Below, piece after piece: positions 14,703 through 28,150 of a stretch of DNA of 64,000 nucleotides; position 1 is the first letter of the stretch, and every line of letters starts with the position of its first letter. The DNA lies in NCBI RefSeq assembly GCF_001194135.2, contig NC_068982.1, forward strand, positions 105,703,421 through 105,767,420, given 5' to 3'. Source of the DNA: Octopus bimaculoides (Eukaryota). A program made the position numbers and the translations under genes. The notes beneath the pieces are model-generated. The model was not told the DNA's origin. It ran no database searches and worked only from the letters and a program-made list of their open reading frames with translations.

Positions 14703-14904
14703 AATGTTAGATATTGAAGATTAGTGATGTATGTCTCGGAATTTATTTCCTGTTAGAGTTGTTTTTACTTTCCGTCATTAGATAAAATTATAAGTCTCAG
14801 TAATGTGCTGCAGTTGAGCCTTTTGTCCACTCTGCACTCTTTTTAAAAAAACAATGACCGTCTACCTAATATAGAAAACCGATTCTTCTTTTTTACCTAT
14901 GTTA

Positions 14905-15080
14905 TATATGGTCGCTCAAGCTGTCAGATATAACAGCCAAATCTTTTTCAACTACCATTCTATCATCTTAAAAACATAGTAGTAGGTAGATTGTGCCTGA
15001 AAGAAAAAAGACACGTTGTTACAGCTTGAATGCCCTTGATCACAGCTCTTGTTCAGGATTGGTGTGAGGATGTACCACAA
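14905..15080 (+). repeat. Dispersed repeat (gtcgctcgacc...agcagccaaatc family)
   Basis: Related segments at about 7675-7740 and 16575-16610 in this window; class not determined. Confidence 0.45.
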
Positions 15081-15351
15081 CATGAATTACAATCAAAACT
15101 TTTATGTCGCAAGTTCACTGTTGCACATTTATGGATTTATATAGTATCAAGGTCAGTTTTACTTCTCATCCTGCTGGAATTGATAAAACAAATACGATGA
15201 TAAGATAGTGAGAATAGATTTGTTCAACCGTGAAAACATTGGCTTTGTCTTCAACCAAAGGAAATCAGTACGTATTTTCAAACAGATTATGTAGTCCTAT
15301 GATGAGGCAAATTATAATTTTATTATTATTCCGTTTTGTGTTGTCAAATGA

Positions 15352-15475
15352 CAGGAACATTAGAAGCCCGGTCGAAATGACTGCCGGTAATTGGAACAAT
15401 ATTTTTTTTGTGTTCTGAGTTCAAATCCCGCCAGTTTCAACTTTATCTTTCACGCTTTCCGCGGTCGATGGCATT
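15352..15475 (+). mobile_element. SINE family B, degraded copy
   Basis: gttctgagttcaaatcccgcc...aactttatctttcac...gtcgat matches the B-box region of 63085-63290. Confidence 0.55.
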
Positions 15476-16400
15476 ATAATTGATAAAGAACTTTTGCTGC
15501 TTTATACAATTTCTCTTTATTTTTCCTTTTCTCACTCCTCTCATTTATTAGACGTTCTCTAGGGGGCCTTTGAGGCCAGCATATCATTCTCAATCTCTTG
15601 CCCTATTCTCCTGCCGCTTCTGTCATCGATCAACACATTCGTTAACACCATTAAATTTTACTTTTATTTTTTGGTTTGTGTGTTGGTTAATGTGTTATTG
15701 TCCTTGATTATTTTAATGCATGATTTTTTTTTNNNNNNNNNNNNNNNNNNNNNNNNNNNNNNNNNNNNNNNNNNNNNNNNNNNNNNNNNNNNNNNNNNNN
15801 NNNNNNNNNNNNNNNNNNNNNNNNNNNNNNNNNNNNNNNNNNNNNNNNNNNNNNNNNNNNNNNNNNNNNNNNNNNNNNNNNNNNNNNNNNNNNNNNNNNN
15901 NNNNNNNNNNNNNNNNNNNNNNNNNNNNNNNNNNNNNNNNNNNNNNNNNNNNNNNNNNNNNNNNNNNNNNNNNNNNNNNNNNNNNNNNNNNNNNNNNNNN
16001 NNNNNNNNNNNNNNNNNNNNNNNNNNNNNNNNNNNNNNNNNNNNNNNNNNNNNNNNNNNNNNNNNNNNNNNNNNNNNNNNNNNNNNNNNNNNNNNNNNNN
16101 NNNNNNNNNNNNNNNNNNNNNNNNNNNNNNNNNNNNNNNNNNNNNNNNNNNNNNNNNNNNNNNNNNNNNNNNNNNNNNNNNNNNNNNNNNNNNNNNNNNN
16201 NNNNNNNNNNNNNNNNNNNNNNNNNNNNNNNNNNNNNNNNNNNNNNNNNNNNNNNNNNNNNNNNNNNNNNNNNNNNNNNNNNNNNNNNNNNNNNNNNNNN
16301 NNNNNNNNNNNNNNNNNNNNNNNNNNNNNNNNNNNNNNNNNNNNNNNNNNNNNNNNNNNNNNCACATATATATATATATATATGTATGTATATATGCATG

Positions 16401-16443
<43 letters not shown>

Positions 16444-18957
16444 ATAAATATATTTCTTTGCTTCTTTCATTATTCCTTTTCTTCTATGTTCCTTTCTTTC
16501 TCCAGTAGCTATTTCGTATCTATTGCAGCCTGTGAATGGAGTCTTATACGAACCAAAGAAAAAGAACCCTCCAGGCGATCGCTCGACCTACTAGAGGCAG
16601 CCAAAGTTTCCACAAAATTCACCTATTTGTACTTGACTAGGTGAACGTATAGCATATCTGGAGATCACATCTAGTTTGTTTGACTGAATATCTACGTACA
16701 ATAAACCTACTCAATCAGGGTTGACCTCAGGCCACACAACACCAATAAGAGCAACGTAATCGTAATCTTAAATTAGAAAACGAGTGATAAAAAAATCAAA
16801 ACGAAAAGAAAAATATGTCAGGATGCCAATTTAAAACTATAAATAAATTATGCTTTTCTTAACGACATTAATCACGTTTTAAATTTAATTTTCAATTTAC
16901 AATCCTGTAAATCTATAAAGAATGTCACTTCTGGTCGTCTCGATAATGGCCGTGATTTGCTTACTTTCAAAGACACTAGTTGTATCTGCTCATAGCAAAG
17001 GCAGCTAACTCTCAACAGAAGAAAGACCACAACTGTACGCAGTGGGTGCTCTGTAAAACTGACAAGTGTTTCGTTAGCTTGCAGTGGTAAATTTAATTCT
17101 TTCCAATGAGGAATAGCTTTCAGAAGGATAAGCTCCACCAGACTGACTTGCGTTACATGATAATCCGCAATTCATGAACTAACATGAAAGTTTGTGGGAC
17201 TCACCATTATCCTAACTACCATGTTGGGTCACAAGCCAACGAAAGAGCTTCTACACAGTCATTTGACCTTCTAGAAACAATCAACAAAGTTCCCTCAATT
17301 CATCTTAAAAAATAAGAAAGAGTAATGTATCTTTGATGTGAACAAAAGGGTGATGAGATTGGGGCAGCTAGGATGTCTTTGATTAGAGGTCTACTCGACC
17401 AAATATGACCTAGGGAATAAAACAACAACAACTTCAACATTGTAGGACATATTTCTTAATCATTCGTAACCCACTATATAACGCACAGCATCAGATGGAT
17501 TAACAAAAGCAAAATAAATACATAAATAAATAAAAAATAAAAATAAAGTAATGAAAAATAAAAATAAAAACGAACATGTGCAATATGAAGAAAGAGAAAA
17601 ATGGTCAGGGATAGATCTTATGTCTTGGTGGGATTTTTGTGTTGTAATTGTTTTCGCTATTCAGAAAACCGTGGACAATTTGCATTACTGTGCTTTATTC
17701 CCCGTTAAATTGTGTTTGTAACTTTTATCGATTATTCGAAAAAAAGAAAACAAAAAAAAAAAACAAAGTTTCGCTTATAATTATGATCATTATAATCATT
17801 ATGATGGTGATGATCATCATCATCATTATCGTTCATTTGCTTGTTTGTTGTTATTTAAAATGTTTCAACGCTCACAATCATTTTTGTTAAATATGGCCAC
17901 GTGTGTAGGAATTTGCGAATATCAGAAGTATCAGTTTTATGTACACATGCAAACATTTCTTTCTCCCTCTCTTCTTCTCTCTCGCACGCACACACACACA
18001 CATACACACACACACACACGCGCGAATATATGAATGTATATTTGTACACACATACACACATATATGTATATATATATATGTATGTATATATATTTGTATA
18101 TATATACCTGTTTGTATGTATGTATATATATATATATATATATNNNNNNNNNNNNNNNNNNNNNNNNNNNNNNNNNNNNNNNNNNNNNNNNNNNNNNNNN
18201 NNNNNNNNNNNNNNNNNNNNNNNNNNNNNNNNNNNNNNNNNNNNNNNNNNNNNNNNNNNNNNNNNNNNNNNNNNNNNNNNNNNNNNNNNNNNNNNNNNNN
18301 NNNNNNNNNNNNNNNNNNNNNNNNNNNNNNNNNNNNNNNNNNNNNNNNNNNNNNNNNNNNNNNNNNNNNNNNNNNNNNNNNNNNNNNNNNNNNNNNNNNN
18401 NNNNNNNNNNNNNNNNNNNNNNNNNNNNNNNNNNNNNNNNNNNNNNNNNNNNNNNNNNNNNNNNNNNNNNNNNNNNNNNNNNNNNNNNNNNNNNNNNNNN
18501 NNNNNNNNNNNNNNNNNNNNNNNNNNNNNNNNNNNNNNNNNNNNNNNNNNNNNNNNNNNNNNNNNNNNNNNNNNNNNNNNNNNNNNNNNNNNNNNNNNNN
18601 NNNNNNNNNNNNNNNNNNNNNNNNNNNNNNNNNNNNNNNNNNNNNNNNNNNNNNNNNNNNNNNNNNNNNNNNNNNNNNNNNNNNNNNNNNNNNNNNNNNN
18701 NNNNNNNNNNNNNNNNNNNNNNNNNNNNNNNNNNNNNNNNNNNNNNNNNNNNNNNNNNNNNNNNNNNNNNNNNNNNNNNNNNNNNNNNNNNNNNNNNNNN
18801 NNNNNNNNNNNNNNNNNNNNNNNNNNNNNNNNNNNNNNNNNNNNNNNNNNNNNNNNNNNNNNNNNNNNNNNNNNNNNNNNNNNNNNNNNNNNNNNNNNNN
18901 NNNNNNNNNNNNNNNNNNNNNNNNNNNNNNNNNNNNNNNNNNNNNNNNNNNNNNNNN

Positions 18958-19012
<55 letters not shown>

Positions 19013-21722
19013 ATATGGATTTATAAATACTAATGTATATCTAAAGTATGAAAAAAAGTACAACTACAAAGATAAAGGGGATTATTAAGAGAACTCAGTG
19101 GCTGGAAACTAATTCAACCCCACAAACTATTAACATACTGTTTTTCACTGTGTCTGTCATGCTCCATAGATCGAGAAAATTAAAGATGCACCATCATGTA
19201 GTTAGGTAACTTCTTTTATTCAATTTTGAGTTCTAAAGGTTACCAGGGTTGTTATTGCTACTATTTCTTATATTGCTTCATTTATTTTCCGATTAAAAAC
19301 ATTTTTTACGAAAGACAGTCATATTTATTGACTTTTGTTAATTCAGATTTTTTCGTAGAAAATTTTTCTTAACAATATGATAGCTAATACTATCACCTTA
19401 CTAGTTCTATCATCCCAAAGGCCAAAGGTTACGCTTAGTTTTAAGAACTTGTAAATATTTTAACCCTAAAATGATGTTGACGTTATACATTACACAAATA
19501 CACATAGCACAGCAGTGTTGCATGTTAAAATTTCAGAGATGTATGCGCACTGTAAGCACAATCATACGAAATGCATTTCTACAATAATAGGACCATCGAT
19601 GCAGCTTATCATCTCTTCTACATTGTATATGGTGAATTTTCTTTTCGTGCTACCTCTTCTTTGTGTTTCTTTACTCAGATAACGTTTAAGCCTTTTTGGT
19701 TTAATTCATTCTTTACAAAACCACACCCTTTGGAATTTCAGTACAGTTCATGATTTCTCATCAATCTCAGGCCAGTAACCCTTCAAATTAAATATAAACG
19801 GTATTCTTTCGTCTCTATAAGATTTAAGATTATCTCAACGATATCGGTGATGTACTGAGCGAATGATTAAGAATCACTGGTTCTCAGTCCCCTAACGCGA
19901 AACTAATTGTTTTATCTGATTAGCATTCAGATATAGCACCCTATCTTATAAATTCTATTTTAAAGTTGAGTATTAAATTGAAAACCGTTTCTTAAATCCT
20001 AGTTACTGTAGGTTATCTATTAGTAAAAGCTTTGCTTTTTTATAGTAAATACGTGCATCTAATCAAATTTTAGGTACTGTATTCTTTAAACAAAGACTAT
20101 ATATAAAATAGCTTTTGGATTTGGAGATTCATTCAAATCATATCTGCAGGAACATTATATTTTATAGAAACTCCATTATAATTATCTTCACTTACATTAT
20201 ACATTCTGAAGTTTAAGAAGATTCTAGAATCAATTTTGTTAAGAGACAGAATAGCCGATTAAAAGAAAAAAAAAACTTGAATTCATTCAACAAATATCCT
20301 TCTCTGTAAAGTGTTAGCTTAAATTTCCATTTTATTGTTTCTTGTTAATATATCTACATAGTTGGGTCTGTATTTACTTTACATTTTTCTTACTTTGTAT
20401 ACGACCAGTCTGTTCCTCCAGGAAGTGTCATCGATTAAAGAGTGTTTCCAAAGGGTTCTTTACTACTATTCTTAAACACATTTTTTATCAGTAGAACTTA
20501 GTTCTTTATTGTGTTTTTCGCTATAGAATAATTAAATACGTTAGAAGACGTTATGTAACGTATTTAATCTTTAATTAGACCCTCTGGTTATATTGCGATA
20601 TATATTTTAAAAAATATTGCTGTTGGTAGCTCATTATTAATTGCTAGCTTTGGGAGACAATCCTTAACTTCAATGCTTGTATGATCCACTTTACTGAAGG
20701 TATTTCTCAAGATATCCTTAACACCTGATATTTATTGCTCGTTGATTTCAAAGAAATCATCCATTAAATCGGTTACGTGTAAATATTGCTTAAGCTTGAT
20801 TGCTATACTCTTCATTAATTGGTTCGCTTGGTTTGCCCTCTCGCATGAAGTGTTACAGACTGCAATTTTCTCTTACCTCTCTTTTATAGTATTCTCCTTA
20901 TTCCTTATTTATTATATTTTATTTACTTTCTTATGGGCAGTGTGCCATAAACTGTTACTTTAATATCCCACAGGTGCTAACTTCGATTTTCCTCTATCCA
21001 AGATTCGAGAAAATAACTACCAGGCATTTAATAATGTCGATTATACTACGTCTCTTCCCTTCAAATTTGCGGCCTTGTACTAAATGAACAAAATCATGAT
21101 GGTGATAAATATGATGATGAATATGCTGATATTTGTTCATTTTTTTTTGTATGTATAGATTTCCATATATACATATTTGCAAATATTTGGCTGTATACCT
21201 CCAATTCACAATAAAAGTTTTGTAGAAATTTGACCTCTGAACTAGAACACAAATCTATTCCTAAAATTTAGCTTCCCTCTAACAATAGCAATTAAGCCAG
21301 TACAAAGGTCACCTCCAATAATTTAACCTTCCTCTAATAGTTTCAATTAAATCCATCGATTGCAAACACGAATAGAAACTAAGCATTGTCCTAAAACCAT
21401 TTGTACTTATACACCTTAATGATAACTTTGCATTACAATCTCTGCAACTTTATAAGTCTTCAAAGGACTTATCACTCAACTGATACACATCCGTCCAAGG
21501 TCAACACACCCTTATATCGACTGCAAACAATTTTTCTTATCCAACAGTAGCGAATAACTCAGCTTGAGTTGAAGCTCTGAGTAGGCCGTCAATTTTTGAT
21601 ATAATAAACATATCTATCCGCCCTATATCCGATAATGTTTGCACTATGTTTGCACATTTTTAACAACTGTTACATTACGATATACACATACACATGCACT
21701 CACGCACGAACGCATGTGCGCG

Positions 21723-21756
<34 letters not shown>

Positions 21757-21880
21757 TGAAATTTCTTGAATCAAAGATCAAGTAAACTAGAAATTCGAAG
21801 AAGTCACTATACAATTGGTGAGCTATAATACAAATTATAGGAACATTCCGTAAATCGTAAATAAGAAATTCCCTAAACCG

Positions 21881-21881
21881 A

Positions 21882-21917
<36 letters not shown>

Positions 21918-21919
21918 TA

Positions 21920-21966
<47 letters not shown>
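21881..21966. repeat. (ACT)n microsatellite
   Basis: Long actactact tract with one interruption. Confidence 0.95.
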
Positions 21967-22422
21967 GCCAGTGCTCCCGCTCTTAGAGCCACAAATAATT
22001 TGGCGTGGTTAATGGAGTTATCTCTTTGCATCTAGATTTGTCAAAAGAAAGATAACGCAATGTATGCTCGCTCACAAATACATCTCGCTCGCTATCCACT
22101 TGCATATACTCACACGTTAACATTTTTTTATACTGTTCTAATTAATATATTCTTATACTTTTTGTGCAACCGCGTTGTTGTCACAGATTTCAAATCGGGG
22201 CCTTTGATAAACCCGTTGGTTTGAGTCACTACTGACGGTATGAGCGACAAGGAAGTGTTGCTAACTCGGCACGGAACGAATATCAACTAAAGATACCGTT
22301 CGAAAAGGGTAAGTTTACAACCCTTGCCGATCTATAGGACATGTTACGTTAAATAGAAGGGCACGATGTTAACAACAACACAGGTACTTTCAGTAGTAAG
22401 TGTCATGTTTTTGTGTACCACT

Positions 22423-22813
22423 GTTGTTGTTGTTGGCACTCCGTCGCTTACGACGTCGAGGGTTCCAGTTGATCCGATCAACGGAACAGCCTGCTCGTAA
22501 AATTAACGTGCAAGTGACTGAGCACTCCACAGACACGTGAACCCTTAACGTAGTTCTCGGGGGATATTCAGCGTGACACAGTGTGACAAGGCTGACCCTT
22601 TGAATTACAGGCACAACAGAAAAAGGAAGAAAGAGTGAGAGAAAGTTGTGGTGAAATAGTACAGCAGAGTTCGCCACCATCTCCTGCCGGATCCTCGTGG
22701 AGCTTTAGGTGTTTTCGCTCAATAAACACTCACAACGCCCGGTCTGGGAATCGAAACTGCGATCCTATGACCGCGAGTTCGCTGCCCAAACCACTGGGCC
22801 ATTGCACCTCCAC
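22423..22813 (-). mobile_element. Full-length tRNA-derived SINE (family C) with 12-bp TSD
   Basis: Minus-strand 5' end GTGGAGGTGCAATGGCCCAGTGG (A box) and GTTTCGATTCC (B box), (CAA)n tail. Exact direct repeat TTGTGTACCACT at 22411-22422 and 22814-22825. The tail also occurs at about 8168-8215. Confidence 0.92.
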
Positions 22814-23403
22814 TTGTGTACCACTACAAACAAACAATCCATTGTCTACTTCATCTTTGTATGAACATTCATCCAACCCTTTAGATGTGTAAATACGGAA
22901 AATATTCGTAGACATTCACAAACGCACACCTACATGTATTGTTATGAATTGTTGTGATATTGTGTGTTTATGATATTGTGTGTGTGTATGTGTGAGTATG
23001 GGTGTATGTGTGAGCATGGGTGTATGTGTGAATATGTGCGTATAGCCATATTTCCCATTTAAAATACACGTATATCGCCATATTTACTTCTGTTATAGTA
23101 TAATTTTGCGATAACAGTGTATTTTAACCGACTGTTTTGTCATATATCTGAACAGTCACTGACGTCTTTGTACCATATATTAGTGGCACAGTGAAAATTC
23201 GTAAGACATTCCCAAAATTCTTCATCTGAGATTCTTATGTGAATAGATGCACACACTTGGGGTGCATCCATCGACAGTTCAATCAACACACCAACTCAAC
23301 CACATATTTACAAACACCGGGAACTCTCTTAACTGAAAATGTCATGACACTTTGTTAGCGACCGGCTTGGATTCTCTTAAGGACTTAAATAAAACTCAAA
23401 TAA

Positions 23404-23444
<41 letters not shown>

Positions 23445-23899
23445 NNNNNNNNNNNNNNNNNNNNNNNNNNNNNNNNNNNNNNNNNNNNNNNNNNNNNNNN
23501 NNNNNNNNNNNNNNNNNNNNNNNNNNNNNNNNNNNNNNNNNNNNNNNNNNNNNNNNNNNNNNNNNNNNNNNNNNNNNNNNNNNNNNNNNNNNNNNNNNNN
23601 NNNNNNNNNNNNNNNNNNNNNNNNNNNNNNNNNNNNNNNNNNNNNNNNNNNNNNNNNNNNNNNNNNNNNNNNNNNNNNNNNNNNNNNNNNNNNNNNNNNN
23701 NNNNNNNNNNNNNNNNNNNNNNNNNNNNNNNNNNNNNNNNNNNNNNNNNNNNNNNNNNNNNNNNNNNNNNNNNNNNNNNNNNNNNNNNNNNNNNNNNNNN
23801 NNNNNNNNNNNNNNNNNNNNNNNNNNNNNNNNNNNNNNNNNNNNNNNNNNNNNNNNNNNNNNNNNNNNNNNNNNNNNNNNNNNNNNNNNNNNNNNNNNN

Positions 23900-23951
<52 letters not shown>

Positions 23952-24237
23952 TTGGTTGCTCAATATACACAATGTACTTAATATACAAAAGAACTATCCA
24001 CCAATCCATAATGGAATCGGGGAAGTATATATATTTAATTTTATCGAACTATCCAATATCGTTAACGTTTCTCTTTATACATAGAAAGGTATACCGCGAT
24101 TACTCCTATTTGTTTGAAAAAGGCACATTTATTGGATTCTGTGATATTTTGGTGTGTTTAGTAGCTGAGTAGTTAGACAAATACTGAACTATTTTTTAAA
24201 AAATAGTTAATGTGACGTAATAGAGGTAGAAACATAC

Positions 24238-24321
24238 TTCGATGTATTGGCTTCTTTTCGTAATAGGAAAGTTGGTCTTCTGCACTATCGTACTGTTGGC
24301 AGTCGGGTAATGGAGGTAGTC
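24238..24321 (-). CDS. Lmx1: Probable Lmx1 C-terminal-region exon
   Basis: 84-nt open exon (G)LPPLPDCQQYDSAEDQLSYYEKKPIHR with acceptor ttttgtgtttcag and donor gtatgt. Phase 1/1, in frame with the preceding exon. No recognisable homology, so the call rests on splice signals and frame. Confidence 0.62.
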
Positions 24322-25233
24322 CTGAAACACAAAATACTAAGGTATCAATATCTGCGCTGATTTCTGACTCGCTATAGCACATATACAGTCTTAACTCTTC
24401 CCAACAGCTCGATTTTTAAAAGTCTGAACGCAGAGAAAATAGTTGCAATGGGAAATATTAGAGTATTTTGTTATTCATTAATTACTGATTCAGCTACTTA
24501 TTATACAAACAATCCAAAATTTCATGACTTTAAAAAATATTTTGGCAAGCTAATGTGCAACCAGTTATTTTTGGCAAATTCAGTTCAAAACATGGTTTCT
24601 ATTCCCAGTTGGATTCATTTCACAAACAGTATGAATATCATAAATTATTCTTTAACATGTAGTTCAGATCTAGCCTGTTTAAAAATATCTGGAATTATAT
24701 TTTTCTGTCTCAGCCAACAAATATACAGATTTTAACACTCAACCACGAAATTATTAGATTACATAACACTGTTATAATTTGTAGTCTACACCAAACATCA
24801 TTTCACTGACCAATCTAAGTTCAATCTATTTAATAGGCGTCTATTTAATACATTATCTTCAATCATTACAACCACCAATAGAGCATTGCTTTAATTTCCT
24901 TTAATGTAGTTTTAGGAGGTCACCTTTAATGAATTCTTGTGGATAAAACACCTAAAACTTACCAAATCTATGTATATTAAAGATCTTCAGATGAACATAC
25001 TCAAGCACGCATGCATACAAACGCACATACAAAGAGCTATACACAAACATACGTATACATACACACATAAATATGATACACACACACAGACACACTCTCA
25101 CACATATATGTATGCGTATATATATGTGCACTCCTTGGTTATGTCATATTTACCCGTTTTATATAAATACACAGACACGCACACACATACACATATATGT
25201 ATGTATATAAGTATATATATGTATATATGTGTC

Positions 25234-25268
<35 letters not shown>

Positions 25269-25618
25269 NNNNNNNNNNNNNNNNNNNNNNNNNNNNNNNN
25301 NNNNNNNNNNNNNNNNNNNNNNNNNNNNNNNNNNNNNNNNNNNNNNNNNNNNNNNNNNNNNNNNNNNNNNNNNNNNNNNNNNNNNNNNNNNNNNNNNNNN
25401 NNNNNNNNNNNNNNNNNNNNNNNNNNNNNNNNNNNNNNNNNNNNNNNNNNNNNNNNNNNNNNNNNNNNNNNNNNNNNNNNNNNNNNNNNNNNNNNNNNNN
25501 NNNNNNNNNNNNNNNNNNNNNNNNNNNNNNNNNNNNNNNNNNNNNNNNNNNNNNNNNNNNNNNNNNNNNNNNNNNNNNNNNNNNNNNNNNNNNNNNNNNN
25601 NNNNNNNNNNNNNNNNNN

Positions 25619-25650
<32 letters not shown>

Positions 25651-26594
25651 CCATATATAGTGTGCATCAAAGCGATTGGTAGCGTATTATTAGTAATATA
25701 CCAGATCGTCGTGGGTACTCGCCCATCCGTTGTTCCAGTTCTAATTGTTTGCGTTTAAAATATGTATCATCCTTATGAGGAACCCTTTATATGCACGGAC
25801 ACACAGACACGCGTGCGCGCATGTGTAAATTACCGCTTATGATGCCTAATATCCAGCCGGGTATAAATCCATGAAGCACAATAAAGTTTCACTATAATTA
25901 GTTATTCTCTACAATCGTTTATCTTGGTATATTTAGGTGCATTTAAGTACACGTGTTGCATCTATACTACAAAATACTGCAAATTTGGCTTAGTTCTTGG
26001 TCTTCATGCCGGTCGTGTTGTCTTATTCCACCACACCCAATGTGGTCAGCCGCCTGCAATAGGTATAAACTAATTCTTTCTCTCCCTCTCTCTGTTTGTC
26101 TGTCTCCTCTTGTCTGTCTGTCTCTCCACCCACAAGAGTTAACAAGTGAAACAGAGACAGGCAGAAACAAGAAAAATGCTGCTGTTACTTGAATACTATT
26201 CAAATATGTCTTTCAAAAGACTTTTCTTTTAATTCTTCAATAATTTTTCAAAAATCTATCATTCATATTTACTGTTGAAAAGATCTCAAGGATCGAAACC
26301 GGTTTTGTAATGTTCTTTATAAAAGTATTTTAGCATTTTCTACTTTGTCTTTTTTCCATATATANNNNNNNNNNNNNNNNNNNNNNNNNNNNNNNNNNNN
26401 NNNNNNNNNNNNNNNNNNNNNNNNNNNNNNNNNNNNNNNNNNNNNNNNNNNNNNNNNNNNNNNNNNNNNNNNNNNNNNNNNNNNNNNNNNNNNNNNNNNN
26501 NNNNNNNNNNNNNNNNNNNNTATATATATATGTATGTATGTATATATATATATATATATACTCATACACACATACACTTATGCATATATATATA

Positions 26595-26634
<40 letters not shown>

Positions 26635-26749
26635 CGCGTACACGCATAACAAATCATATCCTTTGTAATAATCGGTACTCGTACATGCGTATATGTTACT
26701 ACCCGAAAGAAAATTTATTCATTAAGCAGTTAATTTTCTTATGAAAGAA

Positions 26750-28150
26750 ATAAAGAAGTGAATCAAGGAAGTGTGTAATTAATCCATATTTGGTGGTACT
26801 TGAGGTATGTAAAGAATTAGATGTTAATAGAAGAGGTATTTCTCGGGTCGAGAGAGGTATTCAAAGTTCCGTGATACAGTTTTAATGCTGATAAAATCTA
26901 GCTTCCAACAAAGCTCACTGGCTATGAGAGTTTGAAGTGAGTAAGATCTTTGAAGCTGGAATGTAGGTATGTGATACAGTTACTCTTGCTAAAAATAGGC
27001 AATGTTTAGTTTTACTTTCTTAAAAGTTATCACATTATTGGATCTCTACAGGATTGTATCTAAATGAGTGGAAGACGTGGATATCTTGAGATATTTGGTG
27101 GTATTATTAGTAGATCTTCAGAAAACAAGACAACGGAATATTGTCATCTGTATAACTGTGTATAGCTTTAGTAACGACCGAACAGAAGGAAACTGATAAA
27201 GTGAAGTAAGTGAATCAAATATATGGATTTGTTTCTTGAGATCATTTGTAAAACATTACTGACAAAGATTCGACGAACGTGTATATTTGAAGTGAAGGTA
27301 TAAATGAGGCATGTTGTTGTTATTGATTGGTCCTAGGTTAACTCAAATCGAACAGAATAATGAAAGATGTTCCATTCCGTATTTTTACTCATCAGATGTT
27401 CTTCTATTTTTAAGACAGTAGGGTGGGGCTTGAGGAAGATTTTATTGCTATTTAAATTACATAGAGAATACCCTTGACTGAGAATTCTGTATATACACAG
27501 AATATTTGACAGTGATATGGCCTCATCAGTTAAGTGAGATGGTTGATACATCCCAGGTAAAAAGATATCCTATATACAATAACTTTTTTCAATGTAATCA
27601 ATATAAAGACTGGGGAATGAATAGGAATATGGCTTGATGTGAATTTAAAGATATAGTTTTCGTCAGTTTGTCTACTTATAAGAATAAAATGGGAACTAAT
27701 ATAAGAGTAGAGACGGTGCAAATTTGAAGTTTGCATTTAAAAATGAAGGAAACAAGTGTTAAGAGCACTGGGGTTTCAAACAAGCTATATTAGATCTGTG
27801 TGTTGTAATAAACTAGTAATAAACTTGATATAAGTTGTTGAGGATATCCTAGGTTTTAGCTTTTGTACCAACCGAACCTATTATGAATAGATTAGCACAA
27901 AGAGATTGAATAGCAAACACTGAGATGTCTGAATCAGATTATCTTATAAAGAAAAATTAAAAGAGGATAAAGATACAAGAAATACGGTGATCAAATACAG
28001 GCGTGTTCTGGACATTTAGAGTGGGTTGTTGACTTCGAAAAAAATTAGGTAGTGATATTCAATTATAACCAGAAGCCTTTACTTTTAAGTTCATGCCACT
28101 AAACACACGTGAAAGGGGTGTTATACTAAATATGAATATACTCTCCAAGA
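26750..28150 (-). pseudogene. Highly degraded non-LTR RT remnant
   Basis: Minus-strand peptides in RT order: RILSQGYSL (QG motif), YTDD (YADD-like) and TKYLKI (KYLG-like), with many stops. Boundaries approximate. Confidence 0.4.

Noticed and set aside
16966-17051. Phase-compatible minus-strand exon-like segment HPLRTVVVFLLLRVSCLCYEQIQLVSLK
   Set aside because: Hydrophobic peptide unlike Lmx1 C-termini; chance splice-like pair is likely.
25974-26053. Possible minus-strand exon AADHIGCGGIRQHDRHEDQELSQIC
   Set aside because: Acceptable acceptor, but phase 0 does not follow the phase-1 upstream exon, the donor is weak and there is no homology.
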